Below are positions 47,950 through 57,299 of a stretch of 64,000 nucleotides of DNA, piece by piece. The notes beneath the pieces are model-generated. The model was not told where the DNA came from and ran no database searches. It worked only from the letters and a program-made list of their open reading frames with translations. The stretch is from Anaeramoeba ignava BMAN. Taxonomy: Eukaryota > Protista > Anaeramoebae. The translations under genes were made by a program, and so were the position numbers. The stretch covers positions 62,001-126,000 of the forward strand of contig JAPDFW010000110.1 in the NCBI GenBank assembly GCA_028826165.1, read 5' to 3'. Numbering within the stretch: position 1 is the first letter of the stretch; each line of letters starts with the position of its first letter.

Positions 47950-49389
47950 TTAAATGAAAAAAGTCTCAAGTTCATCAACAACCCATTTATTTAAAGAACC
48001 AGCTAAATAACTTTGAGCTTGATTTGTATTATAAGTAAATCCGTTTGGTAAATTGTAACTACAACCAAAAGTTGCATCTCCAGGTTGTAAATTATGTTTG
48101 AGACAAAAATCAAGTCCAGTTCTTCCAAAAACTGGACCCCATTCTGATGAAAAATATTGAAGAGCGTTTTCCTCTTCTCCTTTTTTAATTGGAAATTTCT
48201 CTGGTTTTCTATCATTCTTATCATTTCTTAATGAAAAAATAAAAGCATTTGAATCTCGAATATGCATTCTCTCTTCTCTTTGAATCCATCCAACTTTTGT
48301 AAATCCTCCAAAAATATAATCATCTTTTGTTTTGATAATAACTAGTGTTTTTCCTTTGTTATCAACTTTTTCATGCCAATTTTTAGCTGAAAATCCATCT
48401 TTTGTTGCTGAAAATCCTTTTTTCATTTTAGAAAAGAATTTATTATCATTTATCCATTCTTTTAATTTTTCAATATGTTCTTTTTCTTGAATAATTTCTG
48501 ATTCAAAATGAAATCTTGTTTTGAAAATTAATGAATTTTCTTTTTCAATAAGTTGATTTAATTCTTTTTCTTTTTTTTGATCATTTTCAAGTTTTTGGAA
48601 TTGAATTAATTTTTGTGAAATTTGATTTGGAATTAAATTTTCTTTTAGAGTATCTTTAAGTTCTTTTTCGGAGAAATCAATAAATCTAATTTTATCAATA
48701 ATATTTGAAATTTGATTTTGTAATTTTTCTTTTTCTTCTTTTTCAAGTTTTTGATTTTTTTTTTCTTGATTAATTTTTGATTTATGTTTTCCCCATTTTA
48801 TTATTGATTGAAATGTTTCAAATTCATTTATTGAAATTTCATCATTTAATAATATTGAATTTAAATGATTTTCTTCAAGTTCAAGAAAAAATGAAGTTTT
48901 GATAAATTCTTTAAAATTTTCAGAAATAAATTGATAAGAAAAATCCAATAAATGATTTAAGTTCATTGATTCAGATAATTTAAGAATATCAACAATAGTT
49001 TCAATTTGTAAATTGTTTTTGATAAAATTTGAAGAAACTTCAATTAATTCATCAATTAAATATTTTGATGAAAAAAGTAAAATTTGAATTGCATTTTCTA
49101 AATTAATTTCAATTTTTCCTGAATAAAAATAATTCAAAATTGGGAATAAGATTGAACTTGAAACATCTTTTAGAATCATTTTATTTTCTTGGAATTCTTT
49201 CATTTTTGAATTAAAAAGAGATTTAAAATATTGACTTCTTGAAGAAAGAATTGATTTATGAGTTTTAAATGAAATTTGATTTTGTTCACAAATTATTTCA
49301 AAATCAAAATAATTTTCTTCTTCTTTTTGATTTTGAAATAAATTTTTTAAATCATTTGAAAGTTTTTCTAAATTTGAATAAGTTTCCAT
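47950..49389 (-). CDS. BTB-BACK-TLDc protein, copy 1
   Basis: THKSILSSRSQYFKSLF BTB, BACK (EFETFQSIIKWG), TLDc (ATKDGFSAKNWHEKVDNKGKTLVIIKT..IFGGFT..GPVFG..ELETF). Confidence 0.9.
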   Translation of the reverse strand: METYSNLEKLSNDLKNLFQNQKEEENYFDFEIICEQNQISFKTHKSILSSRSQYFKSLFNSKMKEFQENKMILKDVSSSILFPILNYFYSGKIEINLENAIQILLFSSKYLIDELIEVSSNFIKNNLQIETIVDILKLSESMNLNHLLDFSYQFISENFKEFIKTSFFLELEENHLNSILLNDEISINEFETFQSIIKWGKHKSKINQEKKNQKLEKEEKEKLQNQISNIIDKIRFIDFSEKELKDTLKENLIPNQISQKLIQFQKLENDQKKEKELNQLIEKENSLIFKTRFHFESEIIQEKEHIEKLKEWINDNKFFSKMKKGFSATKDGFSAKNWHEKVDNKGKTLVIIKTKDDYIFGGFTKVGWIQREERMHIRDSNAFIFSLRNDKNDRKPEKFPIKKGEEENALQYFSSEWGPVFGRTGLDFCLKHNLQPGDATFGCSYNLPNGFTYNTNQAQSYLAGSLNKWVVDELETFFI

Positions 49390-49672
49390 TTTTATTAAAA
49401 AAATTTTGAAAAAAATGAAAAAAATGAAAATAAAATTTTTGAATTTTAATTTAATTTAATTTAATTTAATTTAATTTAATTTAATTTAATTTCTGAGTTT
49501 TTCTTGTTTTTATTTTTGTTTTTGCTTTTGGTTTTCGTATCTCTCTTCCTTTTAATTTTGGTTTTGGTTTTACTTTTGGTTTTGGTTTTACTTTTAATTT
49601 TGGCTTTTCTTTTACTTTTGGATTTGGATTTGGATTTGGATTTGGAAGGAATTTTGAATTGAGATTGAAATT

Positions 49673-51454
49673 TTAATTATTAAATTTCCTAATTAATAAA
49701 TCAAATAAATTTGGATTTGTTTGATTTAATTGAAAATAATCAATTCCAATTTTAATTTCATCAATAATTTCTTGTGTAATTTCGATTCCTTCTTTAAGTT
49801 GATTTGAATAAATCCAATATTCAAATATTTCAAATGATTTATTACTTAATTCACTATAATCTGTAACTTTATTAGATTTATCTTCTGTTACAGATAAAAA
49901 CATTCCTCGATATAACCCACTTCTCATTATTAATATTAATTTAGGAAATTTATATTGTTTTTCTTTTCTTTCAATTATAAAATCTTTTTCTTTTTCATAT
50001 TCGATTAATTCTTTCATTAATTCTTCAATTGATCCAAATAAATTAAAATCAATTTCAATTTCAGAATATAATTTTGGATTTATTTTGGAATTGTTTGAAT
50101 AAATTATTTCAAATATTTGATTTGCTTCTTTAATTGATTTTTTTGAAATAATTTCTTTAAGTTTTTCAATTTGATTTTCATCTTGTCCAATTATTGTTTG
50201 TAATATTAATTTATGAACTCCAATTATTTCTCCATTTTTGGTTTTAAATGAAATATCACAAAATTCTTTTCTTCGAAATAAATTGATCAAATCTTCTTCA
50301 ATATTGGAAAAAGAAGGAGAATAATAATAAAGAAATGAACTCCAAGCTCCACAAGAAACATGATAATTAGAAATATCATCATTAAATCTTAATTTAGGAA
50401 GTTCAATTTGAATTGGAATTGATTGATAATTTGTATTTCCATTTCCTAATTGACCATATAAATTTCTTCCAAATGAGATAACTTTTCCATTTGAAGTTAA
50501 AACCAAACTATGATCATATCCAACAGAAAAATCAAGAATATTATCATTTTCAAATAAAGATGATTTGATTTCAGTAAATTCATAAGTATTTTCATTATTT
50601 TTGTTAAGTCCATTAAATAGATTCCATCCACATGAATAAAGTTTTCTTTTTGAATTTTCATTTTCATTTTCAATCAGCATTATTGAATGAAATCCTCCAC
50701 ATTGAATATCAATTATTTTGCCTTTTGGGATATTTTGTATTTTGGTTAATTTTTGGATTTTTTTTTGCGCTTTTTTTGATTCTCCTAATCCAAGTTGACC
50801 GTATCTATTATATCCGCATCCAAATAATTCTTGATTTGAATTTAAAAGAAAAACAGAAAGTGAAGAATTTCCTGAAAATATTTTAGAAACATTTTTCATC
50901 ATTAAAATTGGTTTTTTTGTTGTTTCAAATATTTCGGGATCAAAACCAAGTTGACCAAAATCATTTGAACCAATTCCATAAACATTTTGATTTGAACCAA
51001 TTCCATAAACATTTTGATTTGAAGTTAATAAGTAAATTGAATTTGCTCCAGAAACAATATCTTGGATTATTCTATCATTTGGATCTTGAATTAATGATGA
51101 AATATTGATAAATTCTTTTGGATTTTTTGGATTAATATTTAATCCTTTTGCAAATACATTTCCTTCTATTGTTAAAACAGCTTCATTCTGCGTACCCATG
51201 TTTATTTTTTGAATATTTTCAATTTGGATTTTTGAAGGATTTTGATTTGAATTTCTTAAGTATTCTATTGCTTTTCCATTTTCAAAAAGGAAAACTATTG
51301 AAAATTTGCCTGAAGAAATTTGTTTAATTTGATTTTCATTTTCATTTTCATTTTCATTTTCAAATTTAAATTGAATTGGTTTTGTTATTTTATTTGGTTT
51401 ATTTTTGATAAGTTTTGGTTTTTCATTTGAACCAAAAAATAAACAATCATTCAT
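49673..51454 (-). CDS. RCC1-repeat + tandem BTB protein
   Basis: Full ORF; RCC1 GxNxxGQLG repeats and two BTB motifs; 27-nt internal duplication. Confidence 0.9.
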   Translation of the reverse strand: MNDCLFFGSNEKPKLIKNKPNKITKPIQFKFENENENENENQIKQISSGKFSIVFLFENGKAIEYLRNSNQNPSKIQIENIQKINMGTQNEAVLTIEGNVFAKGLNINPKNPKEFINISSLIQDPNDRIIQDIVSGANSIYLLTSNQNVYGIGSNQNVYGIGSNDFGQLGFDPEIFETTKKPILMMKNVSKIFSGNSSLSVFLLNSNQELFGCGYNRYGQLGLGESKKAQKKIQKLTKIQNIPKGKIIDIQCGGFHSIMLIENENENSKRKLYSCGWNLFNGLNKNNENTYEFTEIKSSLFENDNILDFSVGYDHSLVLTSNGKVISFGRNLYGQLGNGNTNYQSIPIQIELPKLRFNDDISNYHVSCGAWSSFLYYYSPSFSNIEEDLINLFRRKEFCDISFKTKNGEIIGVHKLILQTIIGQDENQIEKLKEIISKKSIKEANQIFEIIYSNNSKINPKLYSEIEIDFNLFGSIEELMKELIEYEKEKDFIIERKEKQYKFPKLILIMRSGLYRGMFLSVTEDKSNKVTDYSELSNKSFEIFEYWIYSNQLKEGIEITQEIIDEIKIGIDYFQLNQTNPNLFDLLIRKFNN

Positions 51455-51512
51455 TTTTAAAAAGAAAAAAATGAAAAAAATGAAAAATAATTTTTTTGAA
51501 TTTTAAAAAATT

Positions 51513-52982
51513 TTAAATGAAAAAGGTCTCAAGTTCATCAATTTTCCATGATCTAAAAGAACCAGCTAAATAATTTTTAGATTTATTTGTATTGAAAGTT
51601 AATCCTTTAGGAAGAGTGTATCTACAACCAAAATTTGTATAACCTTGTAGATTTTCATAAAGCCAAATATCATCATGAAGATAATCTGTAGAATACCCAA
51701 AAATTGGACCATAATCAAAATGATACATAATTGCATTTTGTGATTCTTCTTTTCGAACTGGAAATTTTTGAGGAGAATAATTCTTTGGATTTTTGATACT
51801 GAACATAAATGCATTTGGATCTTCAATACAACCTTTTGAAGTAGAATATTCCACACTCCATTTTGTTTTATCATTTGTAAATCCAACTTTTGTAAATCCT
51901 CCAAAAATATAATTATCTTTTGTTTTGATAATAACTAATGTTTTTCCTTTGTTATCAACTTTTTCATGCCAATTTTTAGCTGAAAATCCATCTTTTGTTG
52001 CTGAAAATCCTTTTTTCATTTTAGAAAAGAATTTATTATCATTTATCCATTCTTTTAATTTTTCAATATGTTCTTTTTCTTGAATAATTTCTGATTCAAA
52101 ATGAAATCTTGGTTTGAAAATTAATGAATTTTCTTTTTCAATAAGTTGATTTAATTCTTTTTCTTTTTTTTGATTTTTTTCAAGTTTTTGGAATTGAATT
52201 AATTTTTGTGAAATTTGATTTGGAATTAAATTTTCTTTTAGAGTATCTTTAAGTTCTTTTTTTGAGAAATCAATAAATCTGATTTTATCAATAATATTTG
52301 AAATTTGATTTTGTAATTTTTCTTTTTCTTCTTTTTCAAGTTTTTGATTTTTTTTTTCTTGATTAATTTTTGATTTATATTTTCCCCATTTTATTATTGA
52401 TTGAAATGTTTCAAATTCATTTATTGAAATTTCATCATTTAATAATATTGAATTTAAATGATTTTCTTCAAGTTCAAGAAAAAATGAAGTTTTGATAAAT
52501 TCTTTAAAATTTTCAGAAATAAATTGATAAGAAAAATCCAATAAATGATTTAAGTTCATTGATTCAGATAATTTAAGAATATCAACAATAGTTTCAATTT
52601 GTAAATTGTTTTTGATAAAATTTGAAGAAACTTCAATTAATTCATCAATTAAATATTTTGATGAAAAAAGTAAAATTTGAATTGCATTTTCTAAATTAAT
52701 TTCAATTTTTCCTGAATAAAAATAATTCAAAATTGGGAATAGAATTGAACTTGAAACATCTTTTAGAATCATTTTATTTTCTTGGAATTCTTTCATTTTT
52801 GAATTAAAAAGAGATTTAAAATATTGACTCCTTGAAGAAAGAATTGATTTATGAGTTTTAAATGAAATTTGATTTTGTTCACAAATTATTTCAAAATCAA
52901 AATAATTTTCTTCTTCTTTTTGATTTTGAAATAAATTTTTTAAATCATTTGAAAGTTTTTCTAAATTTGAATAAGTTTCCAT
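51513..52982 (-). CDS. BTB-BACK-TLDc protein, copy 2
   Basis: Near-identical to 47950-49389 up to GGFTKVG, then a different TLDc C-terminal half. Confidence 0.9.
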   Translation of the reverse strand: METYSNLEKLSNDLKNLFQNQKEEENYFDFEIICEQNQISFKTHKSILSSRSQYFKSLFNSKMKEFQENKMILKDVSSSILFPILNYFYSGKIEINLENAIQILLFSSKYLIDELIEVSSNFIKNNLQIETIVDILKLSESMNLNHLLDFSYQFISENFKEFIKTSFFLELEENHLNSILLNDEISINEFETFQSIIKWGKYKSKINQEKKNQKLEKEEKEKLQNQISNIIDKIRFIDFSKKELKDTLKENLIPNQISQKLIQFQKLEKNQKKEKELNQLIEKENSLIFKPRFHFESEIIQEKEHIEKLKEWINDNKFFSKMKKGFSATKDGFSAKNWHEKVDNKGKTLVIIKTKDNYIFGGFTKVGFTNDKTKWSVEYSTSKGCIEDPNAFMFSIKNPKNYSPQKFPVRKEESQNAIMYHFDYGPIFGYSTDYLHDDIWLYENLQGYTNFGCRYTLPKGLTFNTNKSKNYLAGSFRSWKIDELETFFI

Positions 52983-53105
52983 TTTTATTAAAAAAATTTT
53001 AAAAAAATGAAAAAAATGAAAATAAAATTTTTTAATTTGAATTTTAATTTAATTTAATTTAATTTAATTTAATTTAATTTGAATTTTAATTTAATTTAAT
53101 TTAAT

Positions 53106-55049
53106 TTAATTTAATTTCTGAGTTTTTCTTGTTTTTATTTTTGTTTTTGCTTTTGGTTTTCGTATCTCTCTTCCTTTTAATTTTGGTTTTGGTTTTACTT
53201 TTGGTTTTGGTTTTACTTTTGTTTTTGGCTTTTCTTTTACTTTTGGTTTTGGATTTGGATTTGGAAGGAATTTTGAATTGAGATTGAAATTTTGATTATT
53301 AAATTTGTTAATTAATAAATCAAATAAATTTGGATGAGTTTGATTTAATTGAAAATAATCAATTCCAATTTTAATTTCATCAATAATTTCTTGTGTAATT
53401 TCGATTCCTTCTTTAAGTTGATTTGAATAAATCCAATATTCAAATATTTCAAATGATTTATTACTTAATTCACTATAATCTGTAACTTTATTAGATTTAT
53501 CATCTGTTACAGATAAAAACATTCCTCGATATAACCCACTTCTCATTATTAATATTAATTTAGGAAATTTATATTGTTTTTCTTTTCTTTCAATTATAAA
53601 ATCTTTTTCTTTTTCATATTCAATTAATTCTTTCATTTTTTCTTCAATTGATCCAAATAAATTAAAATCAATTTCAATTTCAGAATATAATTTTGGATTT
53701 ATTTTGGATTTGTTTGAATAAATTATTTCAAATATTTGATTTGCTTCTTTAATTGATTTTTTTGAAATAATTTCTTTAAGTTGTTCAATTTGATTTTCAT
53801 CTTGTCCAATTATTGTTTGTAATATTAATTTATGAACTCCAATTATTTCTCCATTTTGTGTTTTAAATGAAATATCACAAAATTCTTTTCTTCGAAATAA
53901 ATTGATCAAATCTTCTTCAATATTGGAAAAAGAAAGAAAAGGAGAATAATAAAGAAATGAACTCCAAGCTCCACAAGAAACATGATAATTAGAAATATCA
54001 TCATTAAATCGTAATTTAGGAAGTTCAATTTGAATTGGAATTGATTGATGATTTGTATTTCCATTTCCTAATTGACCATATAAATTTCTTCCAAATGAGA
54101 TAACTTTTCCATTTGAAGTTAAAATCAAATTATGATCATATCCAACAGAAAAATCAACAATATTATCATTTTCAAATAAAGATGATTTGATTTCAGTAAA
54201 TTCATAAGTATTTTCATTTTTGCCAAGTCCAATGTAATCATATTTTCCACATGAATAAAGTTTTCTTTTTGGATTTTCATCTTCATCTTCAATCAGCATT
54301 ATTGAATAATTAAATCCACATTGAATATCAATTATTTTGCCTTTTGGAATATTTTGGATTTTGATTAATTTATCGATTTCTGTTTCTTGTATTGATTCTC
54401 CTAATCCAAGTTGACCATGATTATTTTTACCGCATCCAAATAATTCTTGATTTGAATTTAAAAGAAAAACAGATCTTGAAGAATTTCCTGAAAATATTTT
54501 AGAAACATTTTTCATCATTAAAACTGGTTTTTCTGTTGTTTCAAATATTTCGGGATCAAAACCAAGTTGACCAAAATCATTTGAACCAATTCCATAAACA
54601 TTTTGATTTGAAGTTAATAAGTAAATTGAATTTGCTCCAGAAACGATATCTTGGATTATTCTATCATTTGGATCTTGAATTAATGATGAAATATTGATAA
54701 ATTCTTTTGGATTTTTTGGATTAATATTTAATCCTTTTGCAAATACATTTCCTTCTATTGTTAAAACAGCTTCATTCTGCGTACCCATGTTTATTTTTTG
54801 AATATTTTCAATTTGGATTTTTGAAGGATTTTGATTTGAATTTCTTAAGTATTCTATTGCTTTTCCATTTTTAAGAAGGAAAACTATTGAAAATTTGCCT
54901 GAAGAAATTTGTTTAATTTGATTTTCATTTTCATTTTCATTTTCATTTTCATTTTCAAATTTAAATTGAATTGGTTTTGTTATTTTATTTGGTTTATTTT
55001 TGATAAGTTTTGGTTTTTCATTTGAACCAAAAAATAAACAATCATTCAT
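53106..55049 (-). CDS. RCC1-repeat + tandem BTB protein with Lys/Pro-rich basic tail
   Basis: Full ORF; closest paralog is 49673-51454. Confidence 0.9.
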   Translation of the reverse strand: MNDCLFFGSNEKPKLIKNKPNKITKPIQFKFENENENENENENQIKQISSGKFSIVFLLKNGKAIEYLRNSNQNPSKIQIENIQKINMGTQNEAVLTIEGNVFAKGLNINPKNPKEFINISSLIQDPNDRIIQDIVSGANSIYLLTSNQNVYGIGSNDFGQLGFDPEIFETTEKPVLMMKNVSKIFSGNSSRSVFLLNSNQELFGCGKNNHGQLGLGESIQETEIDKLIKIQNIPKGKIIDIQCGFNYSIMLIEDEDENPKRKLYSCGKYDYIGLGKNENTYEFTEIKSSLFENDNIVDFSVGYDHNLILTSNGKVISFGRNLYGQLGNGNTNHQSIPIQIELPKLRFNDDISNYHVSCGAWSSFLYYSPFLSFSNIEEDLINLFRRKEFCDISFKTQNGEIIGVHKLILQTIIGQDENQIEQLKEIISKKSIKEANQIFEIIYSNKSKINPKLYSEIEIDFNLFGSIEEKMKELIEYEKEKDFIIERKEKQYKFPKLILIMRSGLYRGMFLSVTDDKSNKVTDYSELSNKSFEIFEYWIYSNQLKEGIEITQEIIDEIKIGIDYFQLNQTHPNLFDLLINKFNNQNFNLNSKFLPNPNPKPKVKEKPKTKVKPKPKVKPKPKLKGREIRKPKAKTKIKTRKTQKLN

Positions 55050-55160
55050 TTTTAAAAAGAAAAAAAATGAAAAAAAATGAAAAAATGAAATTTAAAATAA
55101 AAAGAGGAAAAAAGCAAAAAATTTGTTTTTAATTTTTATTCCACTTTTTTAAATGATTTT
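55050..55160 (-). promoter_or_regulatory. Conserved RCC1-BTB upstream block: TTTGCTTTTTTCCTCTTTTTATTT followed by tandem TTTCATTTTT
   Basis: Same block at ~57110-57215 and ~59460-59580 (GCTTTTTTCCTC element doubled there). Confidence 0.55.
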
Positions 55161-55339
55161 GATTTTAATTTTGATTTTGATTTTAATTTTAATTTTAATT
55201 TTAATTTTAATTTTAATTTTAATTTTAATTTTAATTTTAATTTTAATTTTAATTTTAATTTTAATTTTGATTTTAATTTTGATTTTGATTTTATAAATGA
55301 ATTTTAATTTTAATTTTGATTTTGATTTTGATTTTAATT

Positions 55340-57109
55340 TTAATTATAATTTTGATTATTAAATTTGTTAATTAATAAATCAAATAAATTTGGATGAGTT
55401 TGATTTAATTGAAAATAATCAATTCCTCTTTTAATTTCATTAATTATTTCTTGTGTAATTTCAATTTCTTCTTTAACTTGATTTGAATAAATCCAATATT
55501 CAAATATTTCAAATGATTTATTACTTAATTCACTATAATCTGTAAATTTAGTAGAATCACCTTCAGTTACAGATAAGAATTTTTCTCGATATAATTCACT
55601 TCTCATTATTAATATTAATTTGGGAAATTTATATTGTTTTTCTTTTCTTTCAATTATAATATCTTTTTCTTTTTCAAAATCAATTAATTCTTTCATTAAT
55701 TCTTCTATTGATTCAAATAAATTAAATTCAATTTCAATTTCTTCATATAATTTTGGATTTATTGTGGATTTGTTTGAATAAATCATTTCAAATATTTGAT
55801 TTGCTTCTTTAGTTGATTTTTTTGAAATAATTTGTTTAAGTTGTTCAATTTGATTTTCATCTTGTCCAATTATTGTTTGTAATATTAATTTATGAGCTTC
55901 AATTATTTCTCCATTTTGTGTTTTAAATGAAATATCACAAAATTCTTTTCTTCTAAATAATTTTATCAAATCTTCTTCAAGATTGGAAAAATAAAGAAAA
56001 GGAGAATAATAAAGAAATGAATTTTCATTTCCACAAAGAATATGATAACTGTAAATATCTTCATTAAATCTTAATTTAGGAAGTTCAATTTGAATTGGAA
56101 TTAATTGCCCTTCTCTGTTACCAGTTCCTAATTGACCATATTCATTATTCCCAAATCCAATAAGTTTTGGTTTTGAAGTTAAAATCAAAGTATGAGAATT
56201 TCCAACAGAAAAATCAATAATATCATCATTTTCAAATAAAGATGATTTGATTTCAGTAAATTCATAAGTATTTTCAGTTTGGCCAAGTCCATTATATAAA
56301 GAAATTCCACATGAATAAAGTTTTCTTTTTGGATTTTCATTTTCATTTTCATCTTCAATCAACATTACTGAATTAGATCCACATTGAATATCAATTATTT
56401 TGCCTTTTGGAATATTTTGGATTTTGGTTAATTTATCGGTTTCTTCTTCTTTTCTTGATTCTCCTAATCCAAGTTGACCATGATCATTATTTCCGCATCC
56501 AAATAATTCTTGATTTGAATTTAAAAGAAAAACATGATTTGAAGAATTTCCTGAAAATATTTTAGAAACATTTTTCATCATTAAAATTGGTTTTTCTGTT
56601 TTTGGAAGTGTTTTAGAATCAAAACCAAGTTGACCATATTGATTTGAACAAATTCCATAAGCATTTTGATTTGAAGTTAATAAGTAAATTGAATTATTTC
56701 CAGAAACAATATCTTGAATTATTCTATCATTTGAATCTTCAATTAATAATGAAATATTCATAAATTCTTTTGGATTATTTTCTGGATTAATATTTTTTCC
56801 TTTTGCAAATACATTTCCTTCTATTGTTAAAATAGCTTCATTTTGAAAACCAACAGTTACTTTTTGAATATTTTCAATTTGGATTTTTTGAGGATTTCTT
56901 TTTGAATTTCTTTCATTTAAATATTCTATTGCTTTTCCATTTTTAAAAAGGAAAATTGTTGCAAAATAGCCTGTTGAAATTTGTTTAATTTGATTTTCAT
57001 TTTCATTTTCATTTTCAAATTTAAATTGAATTGGTTTTGTTATTGCATTCAGTTCATTTTTTAAAAGTTTTGGATGATTATTTGAACCAAAAAATAAACA
57101 ATCATTCAT
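55340..57109 (-). CDS. RCC1-repeat + tandem BTB protein
   Basis: Full ORF with family motifs. Confidence 0.9.
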   Translation of the reverse strand: MNDCLFFGSNNHPKLLKNELNAITKPIQFKFENENENENQIKQISTGYFATIFLFKNGKAIEYLNERNSKRNPQKIQIENIQKVTVGFQNEAILTIEGNVFAKGKNINPENNPKEFMNISLLIEDSNDRIIQDIVSGNNSIYLLTSNQNAYGICSNQYGQLGFDSKTLPKTEKPILMMKNVSKIFSGNSSNHVFLLNSNQELFGCGNNDHGQLGLGESRKEEETDKLTKIQNIPKGKIIDIQCGSNSVMLIEDENENENPKRKLYSCGISLYNGLGQTENTYEFTEIKSSLFENDDIIDFSVGNSHTLILTSKPKLIGFGNNEYGQLGTGNREGQLIPIQIELPKLRFNEDIYSYHILCGNENSFLYYSPFLYFSNLEEDLIKLFRRKEFCDISFKTQNGEIIEAHKLILQTIIGQDENQIEQLKQIISKKSTKEANQIFEMIYSNKSTINPKLYEEIEIEFNLFESIEELMKELIDFEKEKDIIIERKEKQYKFPKLILIMRSELYREKFLSVTEGDSTKFTDYSELSNKSFEIFEYWIYSNQVKEEIEITQEIINEIKRGIDYFQLNQTHPNLFDLLINKFNNQNYN

Positions 57110-57299
57110 TTTTAAAAAGAAAAAAAATGAAAAAAAATGAAAAAATGAAATTTAAAATAAAAAGAGGAAAAAAGCAAAAAATTTTTGTTTTTAATTTTTA
57201 TTCCTCTTTTTTAAATGATTTTAATTTTAATTTTTATTCCTCTTTTTTAAATGATTTGAATTTTAATTTTGATTTTTATTTTAATTTTTGATTTTAATT

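Larger units (their letters stand above)
47950..55090 (-). repeat. Tandem duplication of a ~3.6-kb two-gene unit [RCC1-BTB + BTB-BACK-TLDc]
   Basis: 47950-51512 vs 51513-~55090: near-identical genes and intergenic DNA, including the (TTAAT)n tract and basic-tail sequence. Confidence 0.88.
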
